A DNA stretch of 64,000 bases, from contig OZ024743.1 in NCBI GenBank assembly GCA_964016885.1, positions 226,548,001 to 226,612,000 of the forward strand, read 5' to 3'. Of the stretch, positions 10,429-23,559 are shown in pieces; the first letter of the stretch is position 1; each line of letters starts with the position of its first letter. Source of the DNA: Eledone cirrhosa (lineage: Eukaryota). A program made the position numbers and the translations under genes. Under the pieces are notes generated by a model that was not told the origin of the DNA, did no database searches, and saw only the letters and a program-made list of their open reading frames with translations.

Positions 10429-13400
10429 CTATTATTATTATTGTTCTTTGGGTCTCAGTCATTGATGTTAGTTAACTGGAAAGTTTGTTGAAATGAATAT
10501 CAAGCTACTACCTGCAGCCTCAGATATTCAGGACGTATCGGAGGGTTCTTGCTGTTCCAAGTAAACATGCCTTTTGAAGTGTTCCAAAAAGCGGGGCGGG
10601 GCCAATTTTCTTTAACCATCCCTGGAAACTTTTTGAGATAGTACCTAGTGCGCCTATGACAATCGGGACCACTTTGACTTCATGGCAGTTCCAAATCCTT
10701 TTTACCTCCCACTTTAGGTCCTGGTATCGGTTAATTTTCTCCCTCTCCTTCTCTTGCACTCTCGTGTCGAATGGGCGGGCCACATCCACAATCAGGCACG
10801 ATCTTTTTTCCTTGTCCCAAACCACCTGGTCAGGTCTATTGTGTTCCAGTTTCTTGTTCGTCTGTATCCTAAAATCCCACAGCACCTTCACCTGATCGTT
10901 TTCTATCACCGACTCTGGCTTATGCTCATACCACTTCTCAGAATGTGGTAAATTGTTTACTTTGCATAGGTGCCAGTGGATCACCCTGCCCATCACATCA
11001 TGTCTCCAGCCATTATAGTGAGTCTGGGCTAGGTGTTTACACTCGGATACAATGTGAGCCACAGTCTCCTCTCTCTCTCCACAGATCCTGCACAGTGGGC
11101 TAACCTCCTCCTTGTAAATATGGTGTTTCAACCACTTCGTTTTGAGGGCCTGCTCTTGCGCTGCCATTAGCATTCCTTCTGTAGCTTTTTTAAGGTCTCC
11201 TCTTTTCAACCAGTTCCATGTCTATGGATCTCTGAATTCAGTTTTCTCAAAGAAGGTAATATGAAGCTATTTTTCATGAAGGCTGCTCTTTCTCCTTGTT
11301 GTTATTTCCTCCTTAGACATCCCCTTGTCTATTGTCCTCTCCTTCAGTACAGTTCTGAGCATTGACTCCTTACTATCAGTCACGTATTTGTGTAGGTTGT
11401 TTTTTTCCATCTGAACACAGTCCTCTATGCTGATAAGACCTCTTCCACCTTCAGATCTGCTTAAGTAGAGTCTATCGACATCACTCCTCTAGTAGAACAT
11501 GTAGATAGTCAATAGCTTCCTAGTCTTCCTATCCATTTCTTTTTGTTCAGCAACATTCCATCTCAGAATTCCCGCACTGTACCTAGTAATAGACACAGCT
11601 CGGGAATTTACTGCACTTATGGCATTCCTACTGTTCAGATGTGACTTTAATACGCTCCTTACTCTCCGAATGTATTCAGATCTTATCAATTCCTTCATTT
11701 ATTTTTTCTTGATGTCATCAGCCTCCAGAACACCCAAATACTTGTATCCTTCTTCAGTGTCAATTTCCTTTATCATCTCACCTGTTGGTACCTGGATTCT
11801 GTTGCTTCTGCTCAATTTACCCCTCTTTATTCAAAGGACTCCACATTTACTAATACCAAATTGCATACATATATCATTGCTGAAAATACGGACAGTGTCA
11901 ACAAGCACATCCAACTCCTTCTCACTCTTCCCGAAGAGCTTAAGATTGTCCATGAAGAGGAGGTGATTGATGGTAAGCTCTCCCTTTCCCAACTTGTATC
12001 CTGCTCTCACTTTTCGCAGTATAATGGTCAGGGGCATCAGGGCAAGGACAAACACCAGAGGGGAAAGACTATCTCCCTGGAAGATACCTCTCTTGATCTT
12101 CACGCCTCCCAAGGATTCTCCAGCTGATGTTCACTCTGTTTTCCAGGACTTCATACTTTTGCCCAACAACTGTCTGATGTTATCTGCCACTTTGAAGATC
12201 TCTAGGCTTTTGGTGATGCAAGAATGAGGCACCATGTCAAATGCCTTTTTGTAGTCTATCCATCCCATGGCAAGGCCAGTGTGTCTCCTCTTGCAATTCC
12301 TCAATACCATCTTATCAATAAGTAACTGGTCCTTTGTACCACGTGACATCTTTCGGCATCCTTTCTGTTCGTCCGGTAACAAGTTGTTTGTGTGGAGGTG
12401 ATGGTAGATTTCCTCAGACACAATGCTTGTCAACAGTTTCCACATTACGGACAGACATGTGATAGGTCTATTGTTGGTAACATCATTACCCTTGATTCGG
12501 TCTTTCATATACAGAACTGTGGTACCTTTTGTCAACCACTCTGGTACCTCACCTGACATCAAGCAATCATTGAACATGGTTGTCAGTTTCGGGGAGTGAT
12601 GTTATATTTTTAATCCAATACCCCTGCATACCATCTGGACCTGGTAATTTCCAGTTGTTTAGTTTTTTGGCCTGCCACTTAAGAGTTTAAACTGTGATAC
12701 TCAAATCAGTTTGTTGGTGTGACTTTTCACTAAACTCCCTGTGTACTGTCTCAATCCACACTGCCTGGTCATTATGTTTAACATCCTGCTCCCATATTCT
12801 TCTCCAGAATGTTTTAGTTTGTCCCGCCTGAGGGATCACGTCGTTGCCTCTTTTTTTCCCTTCAAGCTGTCCAAACAACATCTTCTGGTTGTTGTCAAAC
12901 ATGCGGTTCTGTCTATACTGACTGACTCTGCTCTCGTATTGCCTAATTTTTGCACTCTTTGCTACAATGAGTTGCTTCAGTTCCTCTATGATAATATTTA
13001 GCTTTTTCCTCCTAGTTTTGTACTTTATTTCCAGTCTATTTTTAGTGTCTATGGTTTTTAGTGTCCCATTCAGTAGGGACTCAAGCTTTCCAATGTCATT
13101 TCTCATTTCCCTGATTTGACCATTCAGTCGTTTCTTCCACCAAGGTTCTGATCTTTCTTGTTTGTTGTTTCCTCTCGCTTTTATGCCAAGTAATTCCTCA
13201 CTGCATTTGCTGTTGCTTTGAGGATATTGTTGCACTGGTGAAGGCTCCTCGCCTCAAGGTATGGGATGACTTTGTTTACCTTAGCTGTTGTTTCTTTTAA
13301 CTTTTTCCTGTCTACAAATCTCAGGTTCAGAGGTTTCCCACTATCAATTCATCTACCACTAAGTTTAGGATATCAACCAAATCTTGTCCTAGCCCGTCAG

Positions 13401-14030
13401 CATTCATCTCCTCAATGGCCGTATCGTTGTTCCACGTATTATTTATTTCAGCATTCAGATCATTGTCTGCTTCGGATAGTTCCTCCGTTCTCTCAACCTC
13501 TTCAACTTCATTTCCCACTGGCTCGTTTGCTGGCATACTCCACTCTCCATTTCCAATCTAATCTCTCTGCTCAGTTCCTCCAGTTCTAGCTCGCTTATCC
13601 ACCTGTTAGTTCTTATTACCCGAGCCTGCCCGGCCAATTTTTGTTCATCTAATTTAAATAGACCAATCTCGTTCCAGATGTTATGCATCCGTTTCCTATA
13701 GCCTTTCTCCTTGGGGTTACTCTTCAGGTAACATTGCATAACAGTTCTATTCAATTCTTTCGTCCAGTTGGTTCTGGTCCTTTTCCTTCTTCTTCTTCCT
13801 CCGACACCAGCAGTATTTGGTTGACAGCCAGTTCGCTGCTGCTGAGCCAGGGAGCACCTGCTGGCTGAGAGTCTGTCACATGACATTCCAGTCTCCACTT
13901 CACTGTTATTCGAACTGCTTAGGTTCGACATTTAAACACTCTTATCGAGGATTGGTGAATGTATGGTTACATAACCACCGGTGATTTCATCACCCCAAGT
14001 GATTTTAGTGTGGCCCTATCACGCTGTAGA
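10429..14030 (-). mobile_element. Non-LTR retrotransposon, R2 group (Dong/R4-like), near full length, degraded
   Basis: A single broken ORF with RT and a C-terminal CCHC plus restriction-like endonuclease. The ~80-bp 3' UTR ends in (TAA)n at 10429-10441. The 5' boundary is approximate. Confidence 0.85.
10520..13931 (-). pseudogene. RT + restriction-like endonuclease ORF of the Dong/R4-like LINE (frameshifted)
   Basis: Fragments 13455-13931, 12687-13235, 12131-12577 ([13 protein letters not shown]), 11831-12112 (IFQGDSLSP; FMDN in place of the catalytic xxDD), 11489-11698 and 10520-11209 (CRICGEREETVAHIVSEC, RHD, RPD..D..EK..RY). Confidence 0.9.
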
Positions 14031-14315
14031 CGAACATAAATGAACAAACAAACAAATAGGTAAAACCCCCCAAAAAAAGAATAAGCATTAGTTTCATTGT
14101 AATGTAATGTTTGAATGTCTGACTCATTTTTTTTCCTTCACTGTCTGTCTGTTTGTTTTTCTTTTCTTTTTTCTTTTCTAACGTTTTTCGTTGCTGCTGT
14201 GCTGTTTTCATTTTGATGTTTGGTTTTTTGATTTTTTGACCGGGTCATCAAATCAGTCTATTTATATCTTTTGATGCATTCCTCTGTTTGTGGGGACACT
14301 ACGATGCCTGTCTTA

Positions 14316-14457
14316 GCGGGAGGTAGTGGGAGAGAATAGCGGCGGTAGCGATAATGAGGCAGTGGTGGTGGTGGTGGTGGTTGTGCTAGTAGTACCTAGC
14401 AGGGGGTAGTGGGAGAGAATAGCGGCGGTAGCGATAATGAGGCAGTGGTGGTGGTGA
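14316..14457. repeat. Local tandem duplication of ~60 bp ending in (GGT)n
   Basis: GGTAGTGGGAGAGAATAGCGGCGGTAGCGATAATGAGGCAGTGGTGGTGGTG occurs twice, about 83 bp apart. Confidence 0.85.
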
Positions 14458-15224
14458 TGTGATCGTAGTACTGTAGTGATGGTGTTGAAGTTGAAGTAGA
14501 AGTAGAAATAGAAGTTGAGGTAACTTGACTAGAGTTTTTGGCGTGGTAGTGGTGATGGTGGCGCTGGTGGTGTTGGTGGTGAAATTATTTGCCTGTCTGT
14601 CCACTTAGCCATTTTGCCATTTTTCTCTTTTCGACTATATCATTTCTGATCCAAAATTAAATATTAAATATTGGGGCCCTATGCCGTAAAGTGATGCGTT
14701 ATGGCTTGCTGAGCGTAAAAATGTAATCTTATACTTCATTTGTAATAAGAATTATTCTATCACAGTTGTTTTAAATAAGTAAAAATCCAAAACTTACGGG
14801 AGGGATTCCATAACGATATATCCATTATTATTATTATTATTATTATTATTATGGGCGACCTACGTAGTAAATCGTATCATCGTGAGCTCCGCAAAGGTTT
14901 GTTATTTTCAGTTGTTTAAAATTGCCATTTATGGAAAAATTGTATTGTTAACTGTATATAAGTGCACATACATTGATTTCTGAAAAGGACACTAAAAAAT
15001 ATTGGGGCCTTGAGCCCAAAATTTAAACTTTTTATAATTATCAAACAAAAAAAGAATTTCTTTGAAAAATCATGGCTGACTAAGAGTCACACCTTCCTCA
15101 CAAACTAACACCTCACACCGACACGACCATTGTAAATATTACTACGTTTACCAACACTAAAATTATAAGCAGTAGCAATATTTTAAATTTGTCTCAGCCA
15201 GACATTCATTTCCCGCCATTACCA

Positions 15225-16958
15225 ATGACTGCAGGTGTTAAAGACGCCACCACCACCACAGCGACAACCCCCACCACTACCATCACAGCAACAACAATCA
15301 CCACCACCACCACAGCGACAACAGAAACAAAAGAAAAAAATAAATTAACTCGTGATATCGAAATGAATTCAACCAAAATGAACTCTTCCACACCGAACTA
15401 CTCTGAGTTTTGCCAGAGTAGCAAAAACGTACGAAGCGATGCAGGTAACTCAGGAGGAATTAGAAGAAGCCAAAGGAATGGTAAAGAAAGATGGGTACAG
15501 GGTCAGACCCCCCCCCCACACCTAATAAAATGGAGCAACGTCGCCTATGCACCGTGTCATATCAGACAACTAACATAAAATCGCGCCGAGTTGAACGGGC
15601 ATCCGAGTCCCAAATCCCAAAAGCTTTGGGACATGTGTGGGCCAAAAAACCCCAGATCAAACGTGGGCAGAAGTATGGAACCGTGGACGTGTTCTTTGAA
15701 ACACCACAGGAGGCCAGAGAACACTCCATGACCCCATTAAGAAGTGACGACTTCACAATCATCCCAAACTATTGTGGCCAGAGACTTGTGAAGATCAGGG
15801 TGACCCACGTTCCACCGGCCATCGAAAATCCCTGGCTAATGGCTGCCGTATTCGCCGGCATCGAGGCCAACACCAAAATAATAGAAATAGCAAAAGAAAA
15901 GCAGGAGAACTGGTCCGGATCTGGGATGGAGCTCCTGATCCAAGCGGACCATAAAAGCATTGAGGAGATCCCAGAGGTAACAGACCTCACTGACGGCAGC
16001 CACCTCACAGTAATCATCGAGGGCAGAAGACCTAGATGTGTCGTTTGTGCTGAAGGAACCCACCTAAGGGATTTTTGCCCTCAGGCAAAAAGGTTGAAGC
16101 CACCTCTCTTACCCACCCCAGTGACTCAACCATCAACACCAGCAGCAGCAGAAATGGCAGCAACAACTGTAGCAGCAACAACAGAAGCAACTATAACAGT
16201 AACAACCACAGCAACAGTAGCAAAACCAACACCACCACCACCCAACGCCCCAGAACTAGCACCAGCGCCTACACCATCCACCACGCCACAACCAAAACCA
16301 ACGCCTGTGGAGGATTTTCCACTCCCCGGCTTATCGCAACTGGAGACAGATTGTGACGACGAGGAGTGGGAAACGGTATCAGGAAAAAAGAAAAAAAGAA
16401 GAAACCAAAAAAGAAAAAAATTCCCTTCCCTCCCCCTCCAAAAATAAAATACAGAGGGAAACAAATAAATTAGCAAACAAGAAAGTTAAGACAGATATGC
16501 CACCATCCACACCAGCATCACCAACCCCATCACCACAAACACCAACACCATCACCATCATTAACCCCAACACCACCATCACCAACACCACAAAAGTCACC
16601 AAAAAGCGAAACAGAAACAAACCCACAACAAACGCAAACAAAACAAAACAACCAAAACGATACACACTACACAGCATTAAATTTGAACAACAACCAATTA
16701 TTACACTACATGCAACACAACACCAGCATCACAGAAAAAGACTACACAACAACCCAAAAGTTCACACCACCTCCACACATACAAATCACTCGCATCACAC
16801 AGAAAACGTACATGACACTAAAACAAAAATTCCCCTAAGACATCGGAGACTTCCGACAAGCACTCTCCAGGAGGATTTTTAAGGACATCCTTCCGGAGGA
16901 GGCCACAAGCAGTGAAAAGGATGGACACACCATCCTTCCTCTACGAGAAGTAAGGTAA
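15225..16958 (+). pseudogene. LINE ORF1 (Gag-like zinc knuckle, Pro/Thr-rich linker), frameshifted
   Basis: The 15491-16447 frame contains EGRRPRCVVCAEGTHLRDFCP (CX2CX4HX4C) and EWETVSGKKKKR. Frame breaks occur at the poly-C near 15510 and in the A/C-rich runs near 16400-16445. Confidence 0.7.
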
Positions 16959-16992
16959 GTGGTCTTTCCCATCTTTTCCACTCCATTTCAAC

Positions 16993-19900
16993 ATGACCTC
17001 ACTCAGAATAGGCAGCATAAATGCGCGTGGCTTGGGGTCGTCATGGAAGCAGGGCCACCTGCTCAACGACCTCAGGTCCCTAAACATAGATGTAGTGGCC
17101 ATCAGCGAGACCAGAATCTCCGAAGCACGGACCTTCGCAGCGATCTTCGGCGGCTACGATGTGTACGCATCTCCCAGCCGTCCTAGATCGGGGGGAGGAG
17201 TTGCTGTGCTTTTTCGGAGAGGTTTGGATCTCGCCATACGGGCCATCTTCCTGGACCCAGAAGGTAAGTTGGTGGTGCTAGACGTGACCAGCGGAGACGG
17301 GCAAGCTTTCAGGCTAGTGGCCGTCTATGCCCCGATAGGAGCAGGGCGGCCTGATTTCTTCCAGCGTCTGGAGACCTTTCTTGGAACGTCCCGCTCTTTA
17401 GTGTTAGTGGCGACTGGAACGGGATCTTAGATGCACGCTGGGACTCTGTGGGATTAGCGGATAGGGGAGGAGGGTGCAAGAGTCTCACCAACCTGCTCAG
17501 GCGTTTTGAACTGTCTGAGAGGTACCGATTGGATTTCCCGAATGTGCCAATGTGGACTTGGACAAATCGAATAGGGTCATCCAGATCATATCTAGATAGA
17601 GTATTTTGTAGAGAAATAGAGAGGTCTAGCATAGGCTGTCCACAATTCAAGATAGTCAGCTACACGGACCACAAATTTGTGATCTGTGTACTTGACTTAG
17701 ATAGGCTTCATAGACGAGTACCCGGCTACTGGAAGCTAAACGCGTCCTTACCAGCGCGCAAGGCCTGCAGAGATCGGATTAGCGAACTAATTAAGCGGGC
17801 GTTGACGGGGGCCATCGTCAACAACAAGTGGTGGTTTGCTCTGAAAAGAGCAATTAGAATAGAGTCCATTAGGTTTAGTAAGGCTTTAGCAATAGAGAAA
17901 AATAGAGCAGAGGGAGAAGTAGTTAAACAATTAGACGAGGAGCTTAGAAAGGCATCGCGACCGACGTGCTTGCGGCGAAATTGGCCCTTGACCAATTCTT
18001 CAATGCAAAGCACGAAGGCTGCGTTGTCAGAGCTAGGGTGCATGCTCTCAGACACGAGGGGACGAAAGCCGTTCAATGGGCCCGAGTGGCGGAGGCGCAT
18101 CCTAACAATAAAGCCACGATCCGGTCTTTGGTGGACCACGACGGGCGCATGCTACTCGCTCCCGGGAAAATGTGTGAAGCTTTTCAGCGACACTTCGCTC
18201 AGTTGTTCGGGGGCAGCGCCGGGCCGGATCGAGGGATGGACTTTAGTGTCTACCTAGACGGACTGCCGCGGCTCTCGGACACTGAGGCGGAGTGTTGCGA
18301 AAAGCCGATAACAGCCGCTGATGTACGGGAGGCAATGACTAGCTGCACAAGGGGTAAATCGCCTGGTTTGGATGGTCTGCCCTATGAACTTTACGTACAG
18401 ATGCCAGACTTGTTCGGAGGCCTCTTGGCGGACGTCTACTGCAACTGGCAACAGAACGGGAGAATTACCAGCTCTGTGAGCCGAGGAGCAGTGGCGCTGC
18501 TGAGAAAGGATCCGAACAAGGGGGATAACATAGATAATTTTAGGCCCATGACTCTGCTAAACACAGAGTTCAATATTTTGGCCAAGGTGCTAGTAAAGAG
18601 GTTGGCGCTTGTCGTTGGTTGTCTGGTGGGAGAGGCGCAGACATGCGCCATTCCCGACAGATCCATCCACGACAACCTCCACCTCATGCGATGCATCGTA
18701 GAGAGGGTAGCTAGGGAACCTGGCACGGGTGGGACCTTGTTCAATTTAGATCAGTCGAAAGCTTTCGATAGGGTCGACCATCGTTACCTAGCGGCAGTCC
18801 TGAGGGAGGCTGCGTTTGGGCCCGTCTTCAGAGGCTGGATCGCTACCAAGCAGAGCGACATCGGCTCTGTGGTGAGAGCGAACGGTCACCTTTCGGAACC
18901 GTACAACATCATGCGCTCGGTCCGCCAAGGATGTCCCCTCTCGTCCCTCTTGTACGTATTGACTCTCGAGCCATTACTGCACAAACTGGAGACGTTGAGG
19001 GGGTCCCGCGCGAACTAGGATGCGGAAGATCCCTGTCAGCATATGCGGACGATGTCACCGAAGTGGTGTCGAACGCCAAACACATCGAGGCGATCGGCAC
19101 TACACTAAGAGAATACGAAGCGGTGACAGGAGCAATGATCAACCAAGAAAAGTCAGTGGGCCTGCAGCTAGGCACCTGGAGAGGCAGGTCCATGCCGTCC
19201 AACAGCGTCGTCGGGCGCTGGACGGACGGACCAGTTAAATTGCTCGGGGTCTGGTTCGGACCGGATCTCCAGACGGACAAAAACTGGGACGAGGTGATGA
19301 GCAGGGTAGCTTCTCTCACCCAGAAATGGGCCGAGAGGAAGCTATCTCTGAAACGTCGAGCGGAGGTGGCTAACGCGTATATCGCGTCCGTTATCTACTA
19401 CCGCCTGACCGTCGTACCTTGTCCTAAGCACCGCCTGACTGGGCTGGAGCATTTGCTCTTTCGCATTTTGTGGAAGGGACGCGCTCCGATGGTCAGGTGG
19501 TCCATCTGCTCTCAACACCCGATACGTGGAGGGCTGGGAATGCCGTGGCTGATGATGCGCAGACACGTGCTCAGGCTACGACATCTCCACCTCTTCCTCG
19601 ACGGTGATCAGGTGTGGTCCCCGTTTGCTAGACACGTCTTTCCCCAGCTCGTCTCCTTGTCCTTGACGGAGCTGCAGTCCTGGGTCAAGCGAAGACCGAG
19701 AGGGAGCGCTTGGAGACTGGAATGTCTTCAGGCGCTCACAGCCCTCGACCAATTGGGCAATGTGATCGGTGGAAACTCCAACTTGGCGTTCTATAGAGGA
19801 TTAGTGGAGGGGAAGAGCGACGACGTACTTGGGGAATCTCTAGGCGTCGACGAAAATCAACTAGCCAATCTCTTCGGAAGAACTTTCGTGCCGGGACCTA

Positions 19901-20414
19901 TGTACAACTTCCAGAAATCCCTGGCCTGGCAGTGCTACCGAGGAGCTTTGCCAGTTCGGGATAAACTCTACAGGCATGTAGGTACCTCAGCCGGGCATGT
20001 CCGAGATGCGCACAGGGCGACGAAACAGTCCTGCACGCACTCGTCCAGTGTCAGAGCATTGCTGACTTGTGGGTTTATGTCGAACACCTGCTGTCGCGTG
20101 TGGGAAGGATCCAGCTATCAGCTGAGTCCATCGTGAGGATTGCCCCGCCCTCTTCCTTTAGCCGGGAAGGGCAGGAAGTTTTTATCTGTCTGGTGGCCAT
20201 GGCGAAAGAGATAGTATGGTGGACCCGTTTGAAAGCGCTGAAGACGAGCACTTACCTCTTCGGTGATGCCCTGATTAACTTTTTCAAATTTCATTTGAAA
20301 AGGAAAATCAGGGTAGAGAGGGAAGTGCTCTCTTTCAAGCATTTTGTTGAAAGATAGGTGAGAGAAGCAAGTATGGCTCGAGTGAATGGGACTACTCTGA
20401 GTATGTGTTTGTAA
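16993..20414 (+). pseudogene. LINE ORF2: APE endonuclease + reverse transcriptase (Tx1/L1 type), frameshifted
   Basis: EN motifs SINARGL, ISET, VYAP, YLDR, TDH and GYWKLN. RT motifs KSPGLDGLP, LDQSKAFDRVDH, RQGCPLS and YADD. Pieces at 16993-17430, 17448-18257, 17966-19018, 18931-20136 and 20067-20357. Confidence 0.92.
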
Positions 20415-20662
20415 ATTAAAGGTGGAAAATTGGGAGAGGGCAGTTGCCCTGGTGGTCAGGGTCACTGTGGCTTTTTAATGGGCTTTCTCCACCAATGTCC
20501 CACGGCAGTCTCCCCCCTATTGGGGAATTTTTTCATTGTTCTATTATTACTTCCTCTGTTTCTTGTTTTTTACACGCAGAAATGCCCATTTGTTACGCCC
20601 TGTATTGTCCTGTACTGTCCTTAATGTCTACTTTATGTAAACCCTTGTGGTTAATAAAGAAA

Positions 20663-20721
<59 letters not shown>

Positions 20722-20777
20722 TTCACTATTTGTACAAATATGCAACTTAACAATATTCTACATATCCGCAATTGACA

Positions 20778-20876
<99 letters not shown>

Positions 20877-20968
20877 GTGTATTTTGCAATACATGTATGC
20901 TTAATTAAAAGCATTTTGAAGACCTTATGCTATTGCTTTAGAGTAGTGACAGACTCACTTACTTTAAT

Positions 20969-21060
20969 TTTCAGCAAACAGGGGAAGATAAAGCTGACAA
21001 GGCCTTGTTTCACATTTATTGATGCTTATCAAAGCCAACTACTCCTCCTGTTTGCTGAAA
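20969..21060 (-). ncRNA. Type I hammerhead ribozyme (inverted copy of 21421-21513)
   Basis: Reverse complement of the + strand ribozyme, with the core intact. Confidence 0.75.
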
Positions 21061-21420
21061 TCATGGATGTTTGGTTCTTATAGAATTCTAGTAAATAATC
21101 AGGAACTGATTATACATAAATATCAATAAATGTGAAATATCAATAAATGTGAAACAAGGCCTTGTCAGCTTTATCTCCCCTGTTTGCTGAAAATATAAGT
21201 AAGTGAGTCTGTTACTACTCTAAAGCAATAGCATAAGGTCTTCAAAATGCTTTTAATTAAGCATTCAGTGTATTGCAAAATACACTATATATACATTCAT
21301 ATAGATATAGCTATTTCAGAGCACCAATTCTAAATTTCAACTTCTGGTTGTCCGGCAACCGCTCTGTATAATCAGTTCCTGATTATTTACTAGAATTCTA
21401 TAAGAACCAAACATCCATGA

Positions 21421-21513
21421 TTTCAGCAAACAGGAGGAGTAGTTGGCTTTGATAAGCATCAATAAATGTGAAACAAGGCCTTGTCAGCTTTATCTCCCCC
21501 CTGTTTGCTGAAA
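21421..21513 (+). ncRNA. Extended type I hammerhead ribozyme (U3-A8 variant)
   Basis: GGCT-TTGATAA-GCAT-CAATAA-ATGT-GAAA-CAAGGCCTTG-TC^AGCT. Stem I continues past an internal loop as TTTCAGCAAACAGG..GGAG / CTCC..CCTGTTTGCTGAAA. Confidence 0.8.
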
Positions 21514-21648
21514 ATTAAAGGAAGTGAGGCTGTCACTACTCTTAAGCAATAGCTTAAAGTCTTCAAAATGCTTTTAATTAAGCATACAGTGTATTGCAAA
21601 ATACACTATATATACATTCATATATATATAGCTATTTCAGAGCACCAA

Positions 21649-21700
<52 letters not shown>

Positions 21701-21702
<2 letters not shown>

Positions 21703-22320
21703 GGAAAATTTGAACAGGAACAAAACAGAGAGGCAGTACAACGAATGTTTATTAATTTCACGCTCTGGAGAGTGGGGTGGTGGTGGGAACGACGTTTCGG
21801 GCATAAGCCCTTCTTCAGGTGAAAAGTGTGTGGGAAGAGAGTTCAAAGGGTGTGTAGGGGAGTGGTGGAGAGACATATAGCGAAAAGGGGGTGGGAGGAA
21901 ACGGTACGAATGAAATTAAAAATAAAAGCATGATCAAAATAAAATAAAATGAAAATGGGGTAAAACAGGTGGTGGAAGGTGTGGGGTATGTAGGGGTGGT
22001 GGCGGGTGGAGTGGGGAGAGGGAGACGGGGTGTCCGAGCGGGGAGGGCTGAAGGTGGTGTGTGTGTGTAGGTGTACGTGTGTGTGTGTGTGTGTGAAAGC
22101 AAGGGTTGGGGGAAGAACGGGGTTGCATGTTCAGGAAGAGGCGTGTGTGGGGTGTAGGTCGGAGTGTGCGTGCGTGTGTGGATAGAGAGGTGGGGGTGGG
22201 GAGAGGAATCCGGAGGCTGAAGGTGTAAATATGTGGTGGAAAGCACGTGTGTGTGGGGTTTAAGCGTGTTGTGGGTATAGGTGGCGTGTGGGAAAAAGAA
22301 TTGTCACGAAAACAAATATA
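21701..22320 (-). mobile_element. Probable PLE 3' UTR remnant with a degenerate hammerhead core (21788-21821)
   Basis: The minus strand reads CTGAAGA-A-GGGC-TTAT-GCCC-GAAA-CGTCG-TT, then AATAAA and (TA)n. Stem I is not evident. Upstream is a C/A-rich low-complexity UTR. Confidence 0.55.
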
Positions 22321-22571
22321 TTAATTTCAATAAAAGAAACCACAACTGATGGACCTTCAACAAGTAACTGACTCCACCTCGTACACATATATACCTACAC
22401 GCAAACAATCACATATCCATGCATTAACACTATACGGGAATAACCCGCCACAACATCAAAATATGAACTAACTATCGTGAGAATCACAGTCAGCACTACA
22501 ATAATAGCCAACACCAGCATTGTGGTCATTTCAAAAATGACCACAACAACAACATCAACAACATCTGACTG

Positions 22572-23190
22572 ATATTGTTTCTACTTTTGGCACAAGGCCA
22601 ACAATTAACCAGTGCATTACTGGTACTTTATTTTATCGACCCCGTAAGGATGAAAGGCAAAGTTAACCTCGGCGGGATATGAACTCAGAATGGAAAGGGC
22701 CGTAACTCTATGCGTCAAAGCATGGCGTCCGACCCTCTACCGATACTGCCAATCCACATCTAACTGATAATAATGATTTCAAGTATAGGCACAACGCCAG
22801 TAATTTTGGGGAGGAGAAAGTCGATTAAACCGAACCAGTACATTACTCTTACTTCATATTATCGACCCTGTAAGGATGAAAGGCAAAGTTAACCTCGGCA
22901 GGATTTGAACTCAGAAAGTAAAGGCCCATATCTCCAGACCGCTAAGATGTCCGACAATCTATTGACTCTACCAGGCCAACGCCCTAATATGACCGATAAG
23001 AATTGTATCTAAATTAGGCACAGTATCAACAATTTTTTGGGGAAATAAAATCATATTAGATCGACCCCAGTACTTGAGTGGTAGTTTATTTTATCGACCC
23101 CTGAACCATAAAAGACAATGTTGACCTCGGTGGAATTTAAACTTAGGACGTAAAAAGCCAGAACAAACACCGTAAATATGTTGTCGGAAG
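22572..23190 (-). mobile_element. Three head-to-tail SINE family A copies
   Basis: Reverse-complement copies at ~22572-22757, 22768-22985 and 22998-23190. Confidence 0.85.
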
Positions 23191-23477
23191 CTTCGATATT
23201 ATGGGCATGTGGTTAGAATGTCTCAGGAAAGAATCGCTGGACAGATTTTACAGGCGAAACCAAAAATCAGGACACCCAGGGGTAGACACCGAGCAATATG
23301 GTTAGATACCTTCCATGACCTTGGCTGGTCACGCTTGGGGATCTAGCCGGATCAGTTGGAGAATGTTGCTTCTGACAGGACCCGCTGGAGGGAGTGTTTG
23401 AGGACTCAGCCCCCTCCAATCCTCCCAGGAATAAGTGGGCGAAGAAGAAGAAGAACAAGAAGAAGAAGAAGAAGAAG
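23190..23477 (+). mobile_element. RTE-clade LINE 3' end with (GAA)n tail
   Basis: Translates LRYYGHVVRMSQERIAGQIL..PRGR..W..DRTRWR, the typical RTE C-terminus, and is followed directly by (GAA)n. Confidence 0.75.
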
Positions 23478-23559
23478 TCTTCTGATGCCACCATCACACT
23501 GATAATAACATCAGCCAAAGAAAATAAAGTAAGTGATAGGCATCGTTCACTCAGTGACC

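Larger units (their letters stand above)
15070..20721 (+). mobile_element. Tx1/L1-clade LINE, near full length, with (ATT)n tail
   Basis: Two-ORF layout, a 3' UTR with AATAAA, and an (ATT)n tail at 20665-20721. The 5' boundary is approximate. Confidence 0.85.
20871..21654 (+). mobile_element. Retrozyme-like element: 319-bp unit, ~1.6 direct copies plus a 5' inverted copy
   Basis: Direct repeat with GAAACAAGGCC at 21151 and 21470 (period 319). 20871-21116 is the reverse complement of the unit. Both flanks are (TA)n. Confidence 0.8.

Noticed and set aside
13932-14030. Possible HDV-like ribozyme at the 5' end of the Dong/R4-like LINE
   Set aside because: Only a hairpin (GGTGATGAAATCACC) is visible. 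I could not build the nested double pseudoknot by eye.
14824-14851. (ATT)n upstream of the Tx1-like LINE as a possible target-site duplication
   Set aside because: It lies ~220 bp from the apparent 5' end with unrelated sequence between. It cannot be supported without other copies.
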